Of a DNA stretch of 64,000 bases, positions 9,716 through 21,900 are shown piece by piece. Origin of the DNA: Nanobdellota archaeon. Its GTDB lineage: Archaea > Nanobdellota > Nanobdellia > Pacearchaeales > GW2011-AR1. Below the pieces are notes generated by a model, which worked only from the letters and a program-made list of their open reading frames with translations, made no database searches and had not been told where the DNA came from. Location: the NCBI GenBank assembly GCA_038044745.1, contig JBBSZK010000002.1, forward strand, positions 35,790-99,789, in the 5' to 3' direction. The translations under genes and the position numbers were made by a program. Position 1 is the first letter of the stretch; every line of letters starts with the position of its first letter.

Positions 9716-10726
9716 TTATAAACGTTTCTTTAAACGCCTATCGAGAGCATCAAGTTTAGCACGCGTAGTCTTGTAGGTGGAAGAAGTGATATACCTCTTC
9801 TTATACGCCTCGATAAGAAGCTGCCGTTGATACATCAATTTTCGATGAGCTCTACGACCATCTTGTCCGCTACGTGCCTGCTTAAGTTGATCGTCCCAAT
9901 AAGTCGCGCTCGTGACCATACGTCTGCGCCACAAATAATTGATAACTAAAAAGCTTACAAGTAAAATCCCAATAACAACTAAGGCATAATAAAATGAAGC
10001 GTTGTTGACAAGGGGTGGAGAGAGCGAAACATTGTCCGTGCGTACAAAAGTTGTCGCCGTTCCATGCGACGTTCCCGCTACAATCTCAACTGCAAGTATA
10101 AGCGGACCGTCTGAAATAGATTCCGGCAAAGGGAGTGCGGGCGAAAGCTCAAGAGTGTTCTTGACGTCGACGGATTCAACAGTATATGCAATACGAGTAC
10201 CATCAAGAGCATACACCGAAGAGCGAAGTGTAGCTATAGGATGCAAAGAGCGCAAATTATAAAGTGTAATCTGGGGTATAAAAACGTCGCCTGCACGCAG
10301 TTCAGAATAAATCGGCAATTCTCGTATTGACGCGTCAAAAAGAGGAGATTTACTTTGCACTTCAAGAACGACCGGAATCGAAACCGTCATAAATCCCTCT
10401 GAAATATCAACCGAACCAACATAGATACCAGGAGAAAGAGAATCAAACCCTAACGAGAGACGCATCGAGATACTCTGACCGGTATCAAGGAAAAAGGAAG
10501 AACGATCAACACTAAAAAAGGAGTTTAGTGAATGAGCTGCAACAGAAAAAACAGTAGGCGCGCCCCTATTAAAAATAGATACTTCGCTCGACGCGAGTTC
10601 ACCAGGCTCTACGGTAATAGACACAAGCGGTTTATTAACTTCAAAAGTAGTTTCTTCGGAATCAGCCGAAACCAAGCCAGTTACAGAGATAAAGATAACA
10701 AACATAACCAAATGAATACCCCTCAT
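9716..10726 (-). CDS. surface protein: signal peptide, CARDB-like domain, TM helix and ~70-aa basic coiled-coil cytoplasmic tail
   Basis: MRGIHLVMFVIFISVTGLVSADS signal peptide. SSEVSIFNRGAPTVFSVAAHS is CARDB-like. TM segment YYALVVIGILLVSFLVINYLWRRR is followed by a basic tail. Confidence 0.6.
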   Translation of the reverse strand: MRGIHLVMFVIFISVTGLVSADSEETTFEVNKPLVSITVEPGELASSEVSIFNRGAPTVFSVAAHSLNSFFSVDRSSFFLDTGQSISMRLSLGFDSLSPGIYVGSVDISEGFMTVSIPVVLEVQSKSPLFDASIRELPIYSELRAGDVFIPQITLYNLRSLHPIATLRSSVYALDGTRIAYTVESVDVKNTLELSPALPLPESISDGPLILAVEIVAGTSHGTATTFVRTDNVSLSPPLVNNASFYYALVVIGILLVSFLVINYLWRRRMVTSATYWDDQLKQARSGQDGRRAHRKLMYQRQLLIEAYKKRYITSSTYKTTRAKLDALDRRLKKRL

Positions 10727-11748
10727 GCTGCCCTCCGATTACCTAATCCTTGCGACCCTCTTAATTGTTTCGCCTTACGATACGTTCTAAACGAATAAAA
10801 CAAGATAAGCAAGGATAACACAAGCAAAGCAATCAAAGCAATCAGCGAATAGTCTAACGCGGTTGTAGAAACGCTGAAGTACGCACTCGCAGTCGCAAAT
10901 CCCTGTGGATACACAATCTCTACCCCAACTAAATAATCTCCCTCTTTCAAACTCCTCGTATCAAACTCCTTCAGGTAACTCTTGCTACGAAGCACCCTAA
11001 ACGTCTCAGTTTCGGTAAAGAGCGTAACTCCATCGAAGTCTTTAATCGTATATGTCGCGGTAACGTCGGTATCCTCTGCAGGCCCGACTTGTTGAAGAGA
11101 AATGAATGCCTTAAGAACCTTGCCAAGACGAAACACCTTCATGGACTCGGGTACCGTAAGTGAAACGTCGAACAGCGCATTAGCACTATGTACGTTGAGA
11201 AGCAAAATAGCATCTTTTCGCTCGCCTGCCGCGCTAAAGACAACTCTTCCCCCATAAATGCCGCCCTCGGGAGCCCGAATAGTCAACGTAACCTGTCCCG
11301 AGGCACCCGGCTCGAGTGTAAGGCTCGAGCTATCCAGCGAAACAAACGAAGCAACACCCGTGAGTGAAACGGCAATAGTAAGTGATGCGCGCCCCGTATT
11401 GCGTATAGTAATAACACGTTCTTCGAGCGCACCCGCAACAATCCCGATATTCAATTCTTCAGGATCGACAGTAAAAAGTGCAGCAGGAACACTGGCTGCA
11501 CTTCCGCCACCGCTGCTGCTGCCTCCTCCCGATGGCCCTCCTGAATCGCCTGAATCATTAGTAGCATTTGAAGGCGGAGCAGTGATAGTGAGTGAAAACG
11601 TTCCGTCTGAACTCGCTTGTGCAGAAAGTGGAAGAGACCAAAAATCAGAGCTGAAAAACAAAAAAAAGGTAAATGCGTTACACACAAACGCGAGCATGAC
11701 AAACGCCAGAACGACTGATTGGTAACGCATAATATAAAGAGGAAGCAA
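10723..11748 (-). CDS. surface protein: signal peptide, Gly/Ser linker, CARDB-like domains and C-terminal TM + basic tail
   Basis: ERVITIRNTGRASLTIAVSL is CARDB-like. C-terminus LIALIALLVLSLLILFYSFRTYRKAKQLRG. 4-nt overlap with the downstream gene. Confidence 0.6.
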   Translation of the reverse strand: MLPLYIMRYQSVVLAFVMLAFVCNAFTFFLFFSSDFWSLPLSAQASSDGTFSLTITAPPSNATNDSGDSGGPSGGGSSSGGGSAASVPAALFTVDPEELNIGIVAGALEERVITIRNTGRASLTIAVSLTGVASFVSLDSSSLTLEPGASGQVTLTIRAPEGGIYGGRVVFSAAGERKDAILLLNVHSANALFDVSLTVPESMKVFRLGKVLKAFISLQQVGPAEDTDVTATYTIKDFDGVTLFTETETFRVLRSKSYLKEFDTRSLKEGDYLVGVEIVYPQGFATASAYFSVSTTALDYSLIALIALLVLSLLILFYSFRTYRKAKQLRGSQGLGNRRAA

Positions 11749-11760
11749 CGCTATAAAAGA

Positions 11761-12222
11761 TTATCTCCTAAATTCAAACTTAAGCGAACCCTCGTAAGAA
11801 CCAAAGGCTGTACCTGAAGGCACAAGAAGGGTAAATGACGCATTGTATCGAGAAAGTGGCTCAATTGTAAATGAAGGCTCAGCCGTAGTAAGATAAAGAT
11901 TCAAGGAAGGATCAATCAACACAGTAACACCCACCGGAAACGAATACGGATTATCGATAAAAACAACACGCGAGGAAACCGTATCGGGCAATACACGACC
12001 AAAAGTAAGTGAAGAAGTGTTTATCTCTAACCCTACCGAATCTCCTACCATAAACCGTACATCGAGTGCCCGCACATCAAACGGTCGAGAAAAAATGATA
12101 AACAAAGAAACGAACACAATTAAAAGACAAAAGAACGCAATCGCGAGTATCAAAGAAGAAGGCCTATGTATCACGATACTCTTCTCCGAGGAATAGCACG
12201 TTTCCTGCGCACAAAGAACCAT
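11761..12222 (-). CDS. membrane-anchored hypothetical protein (N-terminal TM); start uncertain because it overlaps the upstream gene
   Basis: Hydrophobic segment LILAIAFFCLLIVFVSLFIIF. Same operon and orientation. Confidence 0.4.
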   Translation of the reverse strand: MVLCAQETCYSSEKSIVIHRPSSLILAIAFFCLLIVFVSLFIIFSRPFDVRALDVRFMVGDSVGLEINTSSLTFGRVLPDTVSSRVVFIDNPYSFPVGVTVLIDPSLNLYLTTAEPSFTIEPLSRYNASFTLLVPSGTAFGSYEGSLKFEFRR

Positions 12223-13265
12223 GCCGCCAAGAGCGCGACAACAACGATTGCAATCACGAGAGCTACAACGGCAACATTAATCTTTTTCACAAATGCAAGA
12301 CTAACCGCCTGCTCGCTCGATAAGCCCTCATAGAAGAGCATAACACGAGCCTCAAAGGTATCATTAACAATCGAACTTGTATCGAAATAACCTTCGAGCG
12401 TCGCTCGACCAAAGGGACTAAGCACAACAGTAGGCGTCAAAAAAGAAATATCGCTTCCAAGAACAGTTACATTCGCGAAAACATTTTCAATAGGAGCATT
12501 CCACGCGCTTTCAATATCCAAGTTAATTTTATTAATAGAATCCCGCTCAAAAAAGCGAGTATAATTAAGAATGTGCACCTCAAGTGTACCAATACGAAAA
12601 GCCTTTTCGTCAATCGCATCAGCCTCACCATACACTGCATGGGCAACCACACGATAACTTCCCGGCGAATAGAGGGTGCTGTCAATCTCTGCATGAAACA
12701 CGGCAGAATCAGTAGAACCAAGTAACGATTGAGCAACCCCCAATCGTTCAACAAATGCCTCGCCACGATAAATATCAAGGTAGACATCAAACGAAGTTGT
12801 CTCTTTTCCACGATTAATAACTGAAATGTCAAAGGGAACGACTTCTCCCTTATTTACCGAAGACGTAGCGAGCGAAACTTCAAGATACCGCCCCGGATAC
12901 GGAACATAAATGAGAATCACTCCTCGAGGTTCTCCCGAAATCCCCAATCCGAGAAGGGAAGAGGTTTCAGCACCCGTGACAAACACTCGATGGATGCCCG
13001 GCACATCCGCCTCATCGGGAAGCGTTACATATACAATGACGGTACCTGTGCTTGAAGACGTTGAATCACTCAGCTGCGCATACTGCGCGAAATCTCCCTG
13101 CAAAGAGAAAGAAAATCGAGCTTCAGGGTTAGAGGAAAGAAAAGTAAACGGAAAGGCTGCCTTCAAGCCAGGTTCGTAATTAACTTCGTATCGTGCCGGA
13201 GTAAGTCCCGCGACAACAAGAGGGGCAACAAGCACAACAAAAAAGAACAAAAACAATCTCCTCAT
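12171..13265 (-). CDS. CARDB-like surface protein, paralog of the 14276..15514 gene (signal peptide, C-terminal TM + Arg-rich tail)
   Basis: Shared blocks with the paralog: AGLTPARYEVNYEPG vs LGITPGRTTLQFEPG, LIYVPYPGRYLEV vs HVLVPYPGKYAEP, SPGSYRVVAHAVYGE vs APGSYRAVVNVLYDE. C-terminus VAVVALVIAIVVVALLAAWFFVRRKRAIPRRRVS. Confidence 0.65.
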   Translation of the reverse strand: MRRLFLFFFVVLVAPLVVAGLTPARYEVNYEPGLKAAFPFTFLSSNPEARFSFSLQGDFAQYAQLSDSTSSSTGTVIVYVTLPDEADVPGIHRVFVTGAETSSLLGLGISGEPRGVILIYVPYPGRYLEVSLATSSVNKGEVVPFDISVINRGKETTSFDVYLDIYRGEAFVERLGVAQSLLGSTDSAVFHAEIDSTLYSPGSYRVVAHAVYGEADAIDEKAFRIGTLEVHILNYTRFFERDSINKINLDIESAWNAPIENVFANVTVLGSDISFLTPTVVLSPFGRATLEGYFDTSSIVNDTFEARVMLFYEGLSSEQAVSLAFVKKINVAVVALVIAIVVVALLAAWFFVRRKRAIPRRRVS

Positions 13266-13299
13266 ACGAGTAGAAAGAAAAAATAGTTTTTATACGTTT

Positions 13300-14004
13300 C
13301 TACGAGCACGGGCCCGGAGCTTGGCAATAAATCATATGGAAGTACGACGACAGATTACCCTGCAAAGAGTCATACGGCACCCTCAAACGAACGCCGATGC
13401 GCAATGAATCAGATCCGTCCGAAAATCTGAAAACGCCACATATGGGCGTGCCAGGATTAGTGGTATTAACATCAAAGAATAATCCGAGCGGAATTAACCC
13501 GCTCACACTAGGATTGACAGAGGAGTTATCCGTACCGCCCGTCGTATTAAGACAGCTACCTGAGTCTATATTTGAAACATTATACTCAAATCGAGGATTA
13601 GTGCCTCCCAACAATTGCGTAGAATTCTTACTTGTATAAAGCAGGATAGTTGCATTTACATTACCGATGTTCTCAAGAACAAACCCGCTCGAACCCGTAG
13701 CAGACCCAATTGACCACGAACCGCCAACCGCATTGATTGTACCACCCGCCTGATTAGTTGTTAAGTTTGCTTCCGACTGTCCCTCAGTCACGTATCCCGA
13801 ACCCCATTGAACAGAGCTATTCGTAAAATTAATGCTTAACAAAGTCGCAACCGTCAAGTTAAGCGTGGCGTTTGCCTGTGACGCAAACCCTGTCACCCAC
13901 GTATCACGAAACGCAGAAAGCGAATAATAACTAAACCCTGCTGAAAAAAGCGCAGAAAACGCCGCAAGCGCCGCAACTAAAACAAGCAATTGCTCGCCTT
14001 TCAT
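13300..14004 (-). CDS. secreted/anchored Asn-Ser/Thr-rich surface protein (sequon-dense)
   Basis: N-terminal hydrophobic segment LLVLVAALAAFSALFSAGF, then many N-x-S/T sequons (NATLNLT, NFTNSS, NLTTN, NATILLYTSKNST...). Confidence 0.5.
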   Translation of the reverse strand: MKGEQLLVLVAALAAFSALFSAGFSYYSLSAFRDTWVTGFASQANATLNLTVATLLSINFTNSSVQWGSGYVTEGQSEANLTTNQAGGTINAVGGSWSIGSATGSSGFVLENIGNVNATILLYTSKNSTQLLGGTNPRFEYNVSNIDSGSCLNTTGGTDNSSVNPSVSGLIPLGLFFDVNTTNPGTPICGVFRFSDGSDSLRIGVRLRVPYDSLQGNLSSYFHMIYCQAPGPCS

Positions 14005-14219
14005 GAACCTGCACCCGGACGAGGAAGTACCTGAAGCCCAACATCACTCGAAGGGTCTCCAACCGCAAGACCCGCGCCCGTCTGACGAACCGGCACAAAG
14101 TCCGACTTAAAACTATCACGTACGCTTAAAGAAACCATAACCGAAAGAACCGAAAACAACACAGCCACCGCCAACAACAACACAATAACCTTTGTCGAAA
14201 CACCCTGTTCAAGCGCCAT
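14001..14219 (-). CDS. small membrane protein (72 aa from MALEQGVSTKVIVLLLAVAVLF...)
   Basis: Internal Met gives a start just downstream of the previous gene's stop (14276). Single TM. The longer 105-aa track ORF would overlap its neighbour. Confidence 0.35.
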   Translation of the reverse strand: MALEQGVSTKVIVLLLAVAVLFSVLSVMVSLSVRDSFKSDFVPVRQTGAGLAVGDPSSDVGLQVLPRPGAGS

Positions 14220-14275
14220 CTTTTTACAAAAGAAACACTGAGAGGCACTATATAAAGATTTCGGGCAATAAACGA

Positions 14276-15514
14276 TTATTTCCGAGCAGAAAACTTTTTT
14301 CGTAACACTAAGAACCAAAGCACGTTAATAAGTACAAGTACGCCAATAATCGTCGCAAGCACAATAACAAGCGTATTAGACTCTCCCGAATCACCCGAAT
14401 CTTTCGAAATAACGTATCCCAACCCTATAACCGAGATATCATTAGAAGAAACTTTCAGCTTAAAGTCCTGCTGGTCCGAATGTTCGTCATATCTCAAAAA
14501 GACAGACGAATCATACGTTCCTTCCTTAACACCTTCCGTATCCCAGAACGTTACAAGCAACGCTTTCCCAAGCGCAGGCACCTCATACGTCGCAGACTTG
14601 AAGTTAGCCATAATCTCCCGTTGCGCATTATACACGACCATATCCGCATATGCCCCTGAAATCGGCTGACTCCACTTATTCTCAATTAAGAGCTCAAACT
14701 TAGCAATCTCCCCAAGACTAAAATCATTAACCTCGACATTCTGCAGCTCGAGGACGCGTTTACCCACTTCAAACGTTTTTTCAACCTTCGTAACGCCTTC
14801 GTCATAGAGCACGTTTACCACCGCCCGATACGAACCAGGAGCAACTGCAGAAGCATCCCACTCAGCAACAAGTTCAGCACGAGCACCACTTGCGAGCGAA
14901 ACTTCATTCGAACTAAGCGTAATAATTTTTTCATTAAGCGCAGTATATACTTCTACGGTGGCCCGCACCCTAACAAGATCAAGTTCGCCCCGACTTACCG
15001 TGGGAATTAAGAACGTAACTTTTCCCGAATCATCAGGACCTGCAATATTCAAATCGGGTTCGGCATATTTCCCTGGATACGGAACAAGCACATGCAACTG
15101 TGTCGTCACTCCGACCGCAGCACCGACAAACGTTGCACCTGTCGCACCTCGTTTTGGCAACTTTATCACTATTATTTCAGCTGTGCGCGTACCGGGCGTG
15201 AGCGTCGAAGGTGCCCTGAAAACATAACTTAATTTCTTTTCAGATTCGCTTGCCGCAACATCCCACGAAGTAGTCGAAAGTGCAATCGTCTGATTTAACT
15301 CCCCCTGCACTAAGAGTACCAATTGCATATCTTCCTGCTCTGAATTGATAACTGTAAACTCAACGGTTTGTTCAACCCCGGGTTCAAACTGCAACGTTGT
15401 ACGCCCGGGAGTAATTCCCAATGCACTAACCTGCATCACCACAAGAACCACCATCCCTGCGAACATAAACAAACGTTTCAGGTCAATCATGTTGCCCTCC
15501 AATGAAAGAATCAC
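14276..15514 (-). CDS. CARDB-like surface protein (signal peptide, C-terminal TM + basic tail), paralog of 12171..13265
   Basis: Signal peptide MFAGMVVLVVMQVSALG. CARDB-like strands (VSRGELDLVRVRATVEVYT). C-terminus LVIVLATIIGVLVLINVLWFLVLRKKFSARK. Confidence 0.65.
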   Translation of the reverse strand: MILSLEGNMIDLKRLFMFAGMVVLVVMQVSALGITPGRTTLQFEPGVEQTVEFTVINSEQEDMQLVLLVQGELNQTIALSTTSWDVAASESEKKLSYVFRAPSTLTPGTRTAEIIVIKLPKRGATGATFVGAAVGVTTQLHVLVPYPGKYAEPDLNIAGPDDSGKVTFLIPTVSRGELDLVRVRATVEVYTALNEKIITLSSNEVSLASGARAELVAEWDASAVAPGSYRAVVNVLYDEGVTKVEKTFEVGKRVLELQNVEVNDFSLGEIAKFELLIENKWSQPISGAYADMVVYNAQREIMANFKSATYEVPALGKALLVTFWDTEGVKEGTYDSSVFLRYDEHSDQQDFKLKVSSNDISVIGLGYVISKDSGDSGESNTLVIVLATIIGVLVLINVLWFLVLRKKFSARK

Positions 15515-15977
15515 CTGCTTGTTCTAATGACTCGTCAGGAGCGAGAATTATTTTTCCCGTTAAAACGCCCTTATTGTACACGTCCACGTTCAAACGAGAA
15601 GTTCCCGCATTAGTAATGTCATAGCCCGCATCAGACACGCGCACCTGCAAATCAACAACCGATTCAACCGTAATCTGTCTAATCTCGCTCGGTAAAACTC
15701 CTTCGACCATCCAGTAATAAGTGCCCGGCTCGAGAGTAATGAGTGCTTTATCACGCACCGAAATACGTTGCGGCGACGTGAAGTCAACCGTGTCATCAAT
15801 TAACAAGAAGTCTCCACGTTCAAACGAGAAGAGCACGGCACCCGTAGCAATAACTCCATTCGAAGGAGTATTCAACAACGGAGTCGCGTAAAAGAAAGCC
15901 CAGACGACAAGCGCAAGCGTTCCCACTACTAAAAGTGCATCAACCCCGTACACTATTTTTTTACGCATATTATTCAC
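15483..15977 (-). CDS. N-terminally anchored small surface protein
   Basis: TM segment ALLVVGTLALVVWAFFYATPLL. 8-nt overlap with the giant gene's stop. Confidence 0.5.
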   Translation of the reverse strand: MNNMRKKIVYGVDALLVVGTLALVVWAFFYATPLLNTPSNGVIATGAVLFSFERGDFLLIDDTVDFTSPQRISVRDKALITLEPGTYYWMVEGVLPSEIRQITVESVVDLQVRVSDAGYDITNAGTSRLNVDVYNKGVLTGKIILAPDESLEQAGDSFIGGQHD

Positions 15978-18900
15978 TCAAACTCGCAACGAGCGTGACG
16001 TTGGCCCTCCGTACCCCGGGCGGTTCATTAATAGGAACCGTAACATTAATATCAATTTCGGCCGTATCGGTAGTATCGGTATAATTAAATGACGAAAAAC
16101 AAAGCAGAGGCGATTCAGGCAAACCATCGCTCAGAGGTATCGCCGCATAAGCGGTTTGCGACTGCGCCCAGATAAACGAACCGAGCTCAGAGCTATAATT
16201 AGCCGCTTTAAACTGGAAGTAATTCGAGCCGCCTGACTGTGTTTCCCAAAGGTGCGTTGAGGTAATCGTGACATTAACGAACGAATTACCATCATTCTCA
16301 AGCAAAAACGGTAGCGGAGCATCATCAGAGGTATCATTCCATTGTAAGTAATCAAGTGAGCCAAAGTCAATAGAATTATTCAAAAGCGTAATGCTTACCA
16401 CCGAAGAGATATTGATGCGCCAAGGTACCGTCCAGCCACTCATGCCATCGCTATCGTTAACGCGTACAGTCCAATTATAATAGTCAAGATTATCATACAA
16501 ACAGCGCAAGTCGGGCACGACAGCATAGCTCACATTGGTGCCTCCCAAAAGGCCTGTCACCGTCGCCGAATAAAAATGAGAAATATCTGTGCAGGCGCTT
16601 GTCGCTACCAAGCTCACGTTCAACTGCCACGTTGCACCTTCGTCATCTGCGTCGAATACCGTAAAGTTAAGCACAGGAGTCCTATTCGTCGTGCGGCTTG
16701 CATCAGGGGGAGCAAGATGCGTAATGTTCGGAATTGTATTCAAAACAGTCACATTATACGTTGCATTAAACGGGCCCGTATACAAAAATCCATCAAATAC
16801 ACGCACGCCACACGTCCAATTATGTCCCTTCGTTGTATTACGATCGTCCAACGTAGCTATGAAAACGCTGGCATTTGCATAACTCGTGTTGTAATCTGAC
16901 ACCAAATGAAGAACTGAATTATTGTACCAAAATACACTCGCGTTCAAGAACGTATTCGCATCGGGGTCACTTAAAGTAGTGTAACAGTTCAAGTCCTGTT
17001 CGGTTTTATTCGACCCAGAAGTCGAATTGATATGAACAAGAGTCGCTGCCGGAGCACGATTTGACACAACACCAATACTATAATTGCTCCATCGCGATAC
17101 ATTAAAGATAACCGTGCCTGCATTCAAATCGGTGAAGTTGTAACAATCAACGCATCCCGCAACATCATCCTTAAGAATAACCGGATTAACGAAATTAGTA
17201 GAAATACCGGTAAGCGTTACGTTTGCAGTCGTATTTAATCCCGAATTAACCTCGTTTCGAACGGTAGCGCTATTGTTTACAATACGCACATCCGCACTTA
17301 AATTAATACCCGAACCATTAATATAATCAAGAAACTTAATCTTTCCAAATAAGCTCGATTCAAACGTGAAATAGCGCCCGCCCGTATCAGCAAACGAATA
17401 ATTTGCGAAATAACTATCTTCGAAGCGAATATTCTGCAGATCAGTCCCTGAAGCAATAAACTGAAGGTCAGGATAGGAGCTATTGGTACCAATCACGCTC
17501 AGATTCGTGAAATTCATACGATCAAGCGCCGCACTAATTCCGTTCACATTGAAAACGAGAGCCGGGCCCGTAGAGTTATGCACAAATATGTTCGTGAAGT
17601 TATGGTCGCGAAGCGCACCCGTTGTGGGAAGGAAATGAAGAGAAATATTGTTTCTTACAAACGTCAAGTTCCTAAATATACCTACTTTAGCAGCCGTAGA
17701 AATGCGAAGACCATAGAAAGTACTGGAATTAATATACGAATTTTCAAACCATACATCCTGGGCGCTAATTAAGATACCTGCCGTATTATTATGCAGACTA
17801 AGTCGCGAAAGATTGGTTCCTGACGAAAGTGAATCTATCGAAACACCGAGTGCACTTTGCGAAACAACAACATCAGAGACAATCGGACGCGTCGCAGCCG
17901 TTATAGAGATACCCGTAGATGCCGAAGTTATAGAAAGATTTGAGATAAACGCGTTCGCAATATAACTGCCCGTACCTATAAGAGATACCCCTGTAGTAGT
18001 ATTAGTAAATACCGAATTAGTGACGTTGATTTGATTAGACCGAATGACAACCCGCGCACCCACATCGTTATCCTTAAACCATAATGTATCTAAAACAGTC
18101 ACGTTTGCCCATTCAACCAAGAGTCCTATGTCTCCCGAAATAAGCGTCGTGTTAAACACGCGAGCATTATTTGAATGATTCAAATGGATTCCCCATCCAA
18201 ACGGACCTTCGGACGAAAGACTGATATTTACCCCAGAAATCGTAGTGTTATATTCATCACTGAAAATGACTGTATAATTATACGTAGAATTAACCATCCA
18301 ATACCCGCTACCGAGAATGCTGATATTGGGCGCGTCAACACTGATGCACGGAGTAACACCACTCGGCACAAGCGTGCCAATCTGGGTATAAACAGAATTA
18401 GCCTGACTTAAGTTCACACAGATGTCAAGAGGCATAGTTAGCGTACGCAGCGTCCAGTTCGTTGCGTTCATCGCGTAGTTGCTTGAGTTATCACCCGCAT
18501 AATAATTCCAAACGTAAGTATCGTTTCGAGGAAGCACAAACGAGAGATTAACAATACCCTGGCTCACGTTCAAACTCGAGAAATTTGTACCTATCAAACT
18601 CGTAGCATTCCAGATATACAGCGTTGCGTTTGAAACGTTTATGTTATCAGAAATGTTCGCCGCAAAATAGACAATCGGAAAGCTCGCAGAACTGTCATTG
18701 GAAGGATGCATGAGAGAGACGACGGGAAAAGTTATATCAGCTAGATTAATACCATACCCCTCGTAAGTAAGGTTTCCTATCAGAATAGGAGTATAAAACG
18801 AGTTAGTTCCCGCATAGTGAAACAAAGAGACATTCGCGGAAGTCAAATTTCCAGTAAGCGGATAACCCGTAACGACATAGGCACTCCCATTATAAGAAAA

Positions 18901-21900
18901 ATTCTGTTCGGCGGCTCCATTCACCGAAAGGCTAAAATTACTATTCAAAAGTAGTTCGGCATTCTGAAGACTAACATTGACCGTTGTATTTGTTCCAAAA
19001 TCAACGGAGGTAAAGCGTTGTTCGCCCCGAGAAAAATAACGAACAGAAGCATTAGAAAAAATTTGAGAAACTTCTGAATCAGTAAGAGAGACATTAAATA
19101 TCATTACTTCATCAATGAGACCATTAAAAGCGCTAGACCCCTCTGAACCGAAGAGAAGAGGATTATTATTAAGCTTGAGCGCCTTGCTCCCTGAAACCAG
19201 AACGCGAGCTACGGGACTACCGTCCCGGTAAAGTGTAACTCCTCCGGTAGTATTATAAGTACAAAAAAAATTATACCATTGATTTTTTGACATAACCAAA
19301 GAATCAGTCGCAGCAAAATTGGTACCATCGGCGCGCTTCACAAGACAGCGCATGTTCATGCTAGCATTAGGTGTAAGCGCAAAGGTAAAATCAGAACCAG
19401 TTCCTTTAATCATGACGCGCCCAGACGACGTGCCAGAACCTCCCGACCAATTAATCCAAGCTCCCCAACTCAAATTTAAAGGTAAGTCAAAAAGACTTTC
19501 GTTGAAAGTTACATTAACAAGATCGTTCGTGCCATCAAAAAATGCGCTTGCTCCAAGAAAACCGAGCCTCGCAAACGCACCACGTTGATAAGAACCATCA
19601 CTACTATGAGAAGAAAAGTCAAAAGCAGTAATGTTATCATCTCTATCGAAAGGCCAATACCCCCTAAGGTCAGAGTAAGGAGCAGAGTTGCCAACCGTCA
19701 GATGAGTAAACAACGTTTCTTGAGTCACGTTTTGGTCTGTTGAACTACTCGCAACAAGCGTGGGGTCAACAATATGGTCAAACATCATGCTTCCATTAAG
19801 CACATGCAAATCAAATACATCTTGACTATAATTTTCAGGAAGCTCGGTCAAATAAATAGTATAATAACGCTCATCAGTCACATCATCAAACACGGCAAGC
19901 GTCGTATTCTGCGATGTCTCATACACCTTCACGAAAGGAGTGCCATTCAGCACACGCGGATAGAGCGTGATATCATTCGCCCGCGTCAAATTGCGTTCAA
20001 ACGTCACGCGCACGTAATGTCCGTCCGGAATCGGCTCACTCCAATTCCCATCGAGTTCCTTCACAGACTCGTACACATCGGAAACAAAAGTGCGATTCTC
20101 ATCAAGGTGGTCTGCTTTTGTAATAACAATAATCTCATAAGTCTGATTAGAAAAGTGTGGCACAACCCACGCCACCGAATCAATAAATCCATCCCCATCA
20201 CTATCCGTCGCTTCAAACGGAACCAAAACCTGTGCAAGAGAAGCAACCGTGACATTTTCTGAAACGGGGCGGACCGAAATCCACGCCGAATCGGATGTGT
20301 TGTCCACCTCAGCGTCTGAATTGTCAACAAATTCTGCAACAACGGCGCCCGTGAGTGAAGCCCCCTCAGAAGATTCATTCAACATCGAATCTTCCGACTC
20401 CGAAATAGTCGAAGAGTCGTTAGTTTCAGCAAGTGATTCATCTACAAGAATTTCATCAGAAAAAACATCAGACGCCGTTGCAAGATGAGCACTGTCAATT
20501 TCATCAACAAGAGCCATATCAGCTACCTCATCTTGCAACTTAAGGCTACTATAATTAACGAAGGTATCGGGAGTAAGCCATGCCAACTGAATAGTAGAGG
20601 GCTTAGTAATCCGTAACTCGTTCGGAAGAGAAGCAATCACGACCACATCAGAATAATTAAGCGCCTCAGACGCAACAAGCGTTATCGTCTTTCCTCGTGC
20701 CTGCGAAATTTCTACTGCCGCAGGAGGTGCGGTATAGTATTCGACCGTATATGCCGTAGCCCCTGCATCAAGCACGACCTCGGAAGAAGACTCGTATGAG
20801 AACGCCTCTCCCGCTCCGAGAGAAGCCGACTGATTAGAGAGTTCAGACGTAGCGTTATCAGAAGCAACCGATTCAACAGAAATATCACTCGTAACCTGTC
20901 CCGTACCTGCAACAACGGCCCCTGCAATCCAAGATGCAAAAGAAGGACGCGATTCAATAAGCGCCGTAATCTGTCCCGTAAGCGGAACAGAAAGAGTGAC
21001 GTTATCTGCCTGAACAGAGTCTCCCATCGAATCAAAGGCAGTAACACTCACGTTCTCTGCGCCAGCAGGAAGCGGCAACACGAAAGAAGAACCATCGGGA
21101 ACGCTTACGTTCGTCACCCAGTACACCGGTTGACCCAGCACAACTTTAGTACGGCGAGTTGTAAATGAAAACGTCGAGGTCCGGCTCACGACCGAAAATT
21201 CATTACTTTCGACCGAGTCGCCAGCAGACGTAAACGCCCGTATGCGCGCAGTGCGCACACCGACAAAGGGCTGCGCCGCACGCACATCCATAAAAGATCC
21301 TTCAAACGAAACAACCATATCCGAAGCAATAAGTTCGTAAGCATCAGCGCCAATAAAATACGTGCTCAAATCAAGGCGCGCACTGTAGTTCTCATCAAGA
21401 GAAAGAGAAGGAATAGTCTGCAATAGCATCAACGTGTCATTAGCAATAGTCTCATTCACAATTGTTTCATTCACTAACGTCTCGTTAAACACATCAAGGA
21501 CTTCTACAATTGTTTCGTTCTCTTCCGTAGAAGCAGCAAGCGTCAGCTCCGAACTATCGTCTACCAAGGTTACCCCTCCAAAAACAGCGGTAAGACTCAG
21601 ACGTGTAGCGTTACGTACTACAAGGTCGAACAAATCGAGAGGAATGCGCACCCGATATCGGCTCTCTCCCCGATAATCCTGCCCAAATCCTGAAAGGTTC
21701 ACTGAATAAGAACTGGACACGCGCACCGACGTCCCTTCCTGTTCAACAAGCACAAAAGAATCAGAAAGTTCTTCGCCAGCAGACCCACGCACACTTCCCG
21801 AAACTAACTGAGCCGTATACCCTTTAGAGAGCCCATACTCAAACGAATCCATTCGCGAGGCGGTACCCATAATAATATCGTTCTCATCCGAAATAACCCC

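Noticed and set aside
13300-14004. Possible class III (pilin-type) signal peptide in MKGEQLLVLVAALAAF...
   Set aside because: The residues around KG-EQ do not fit the (K/R)(G/A)-hydrophobic cleavage context. More likely a Sec signal or N-terminal anchor.
16131-21047. Multiple 60-160-aa ORFs in both strands within the giant surface gene (e.g. 16576..16899, 19774..20262, 20061..20378, 20712..21047)
   Set aside because: All lie inside the continuous 2267-aa reading frame. They are shadow ORFs typical of long GC-balanced genes.
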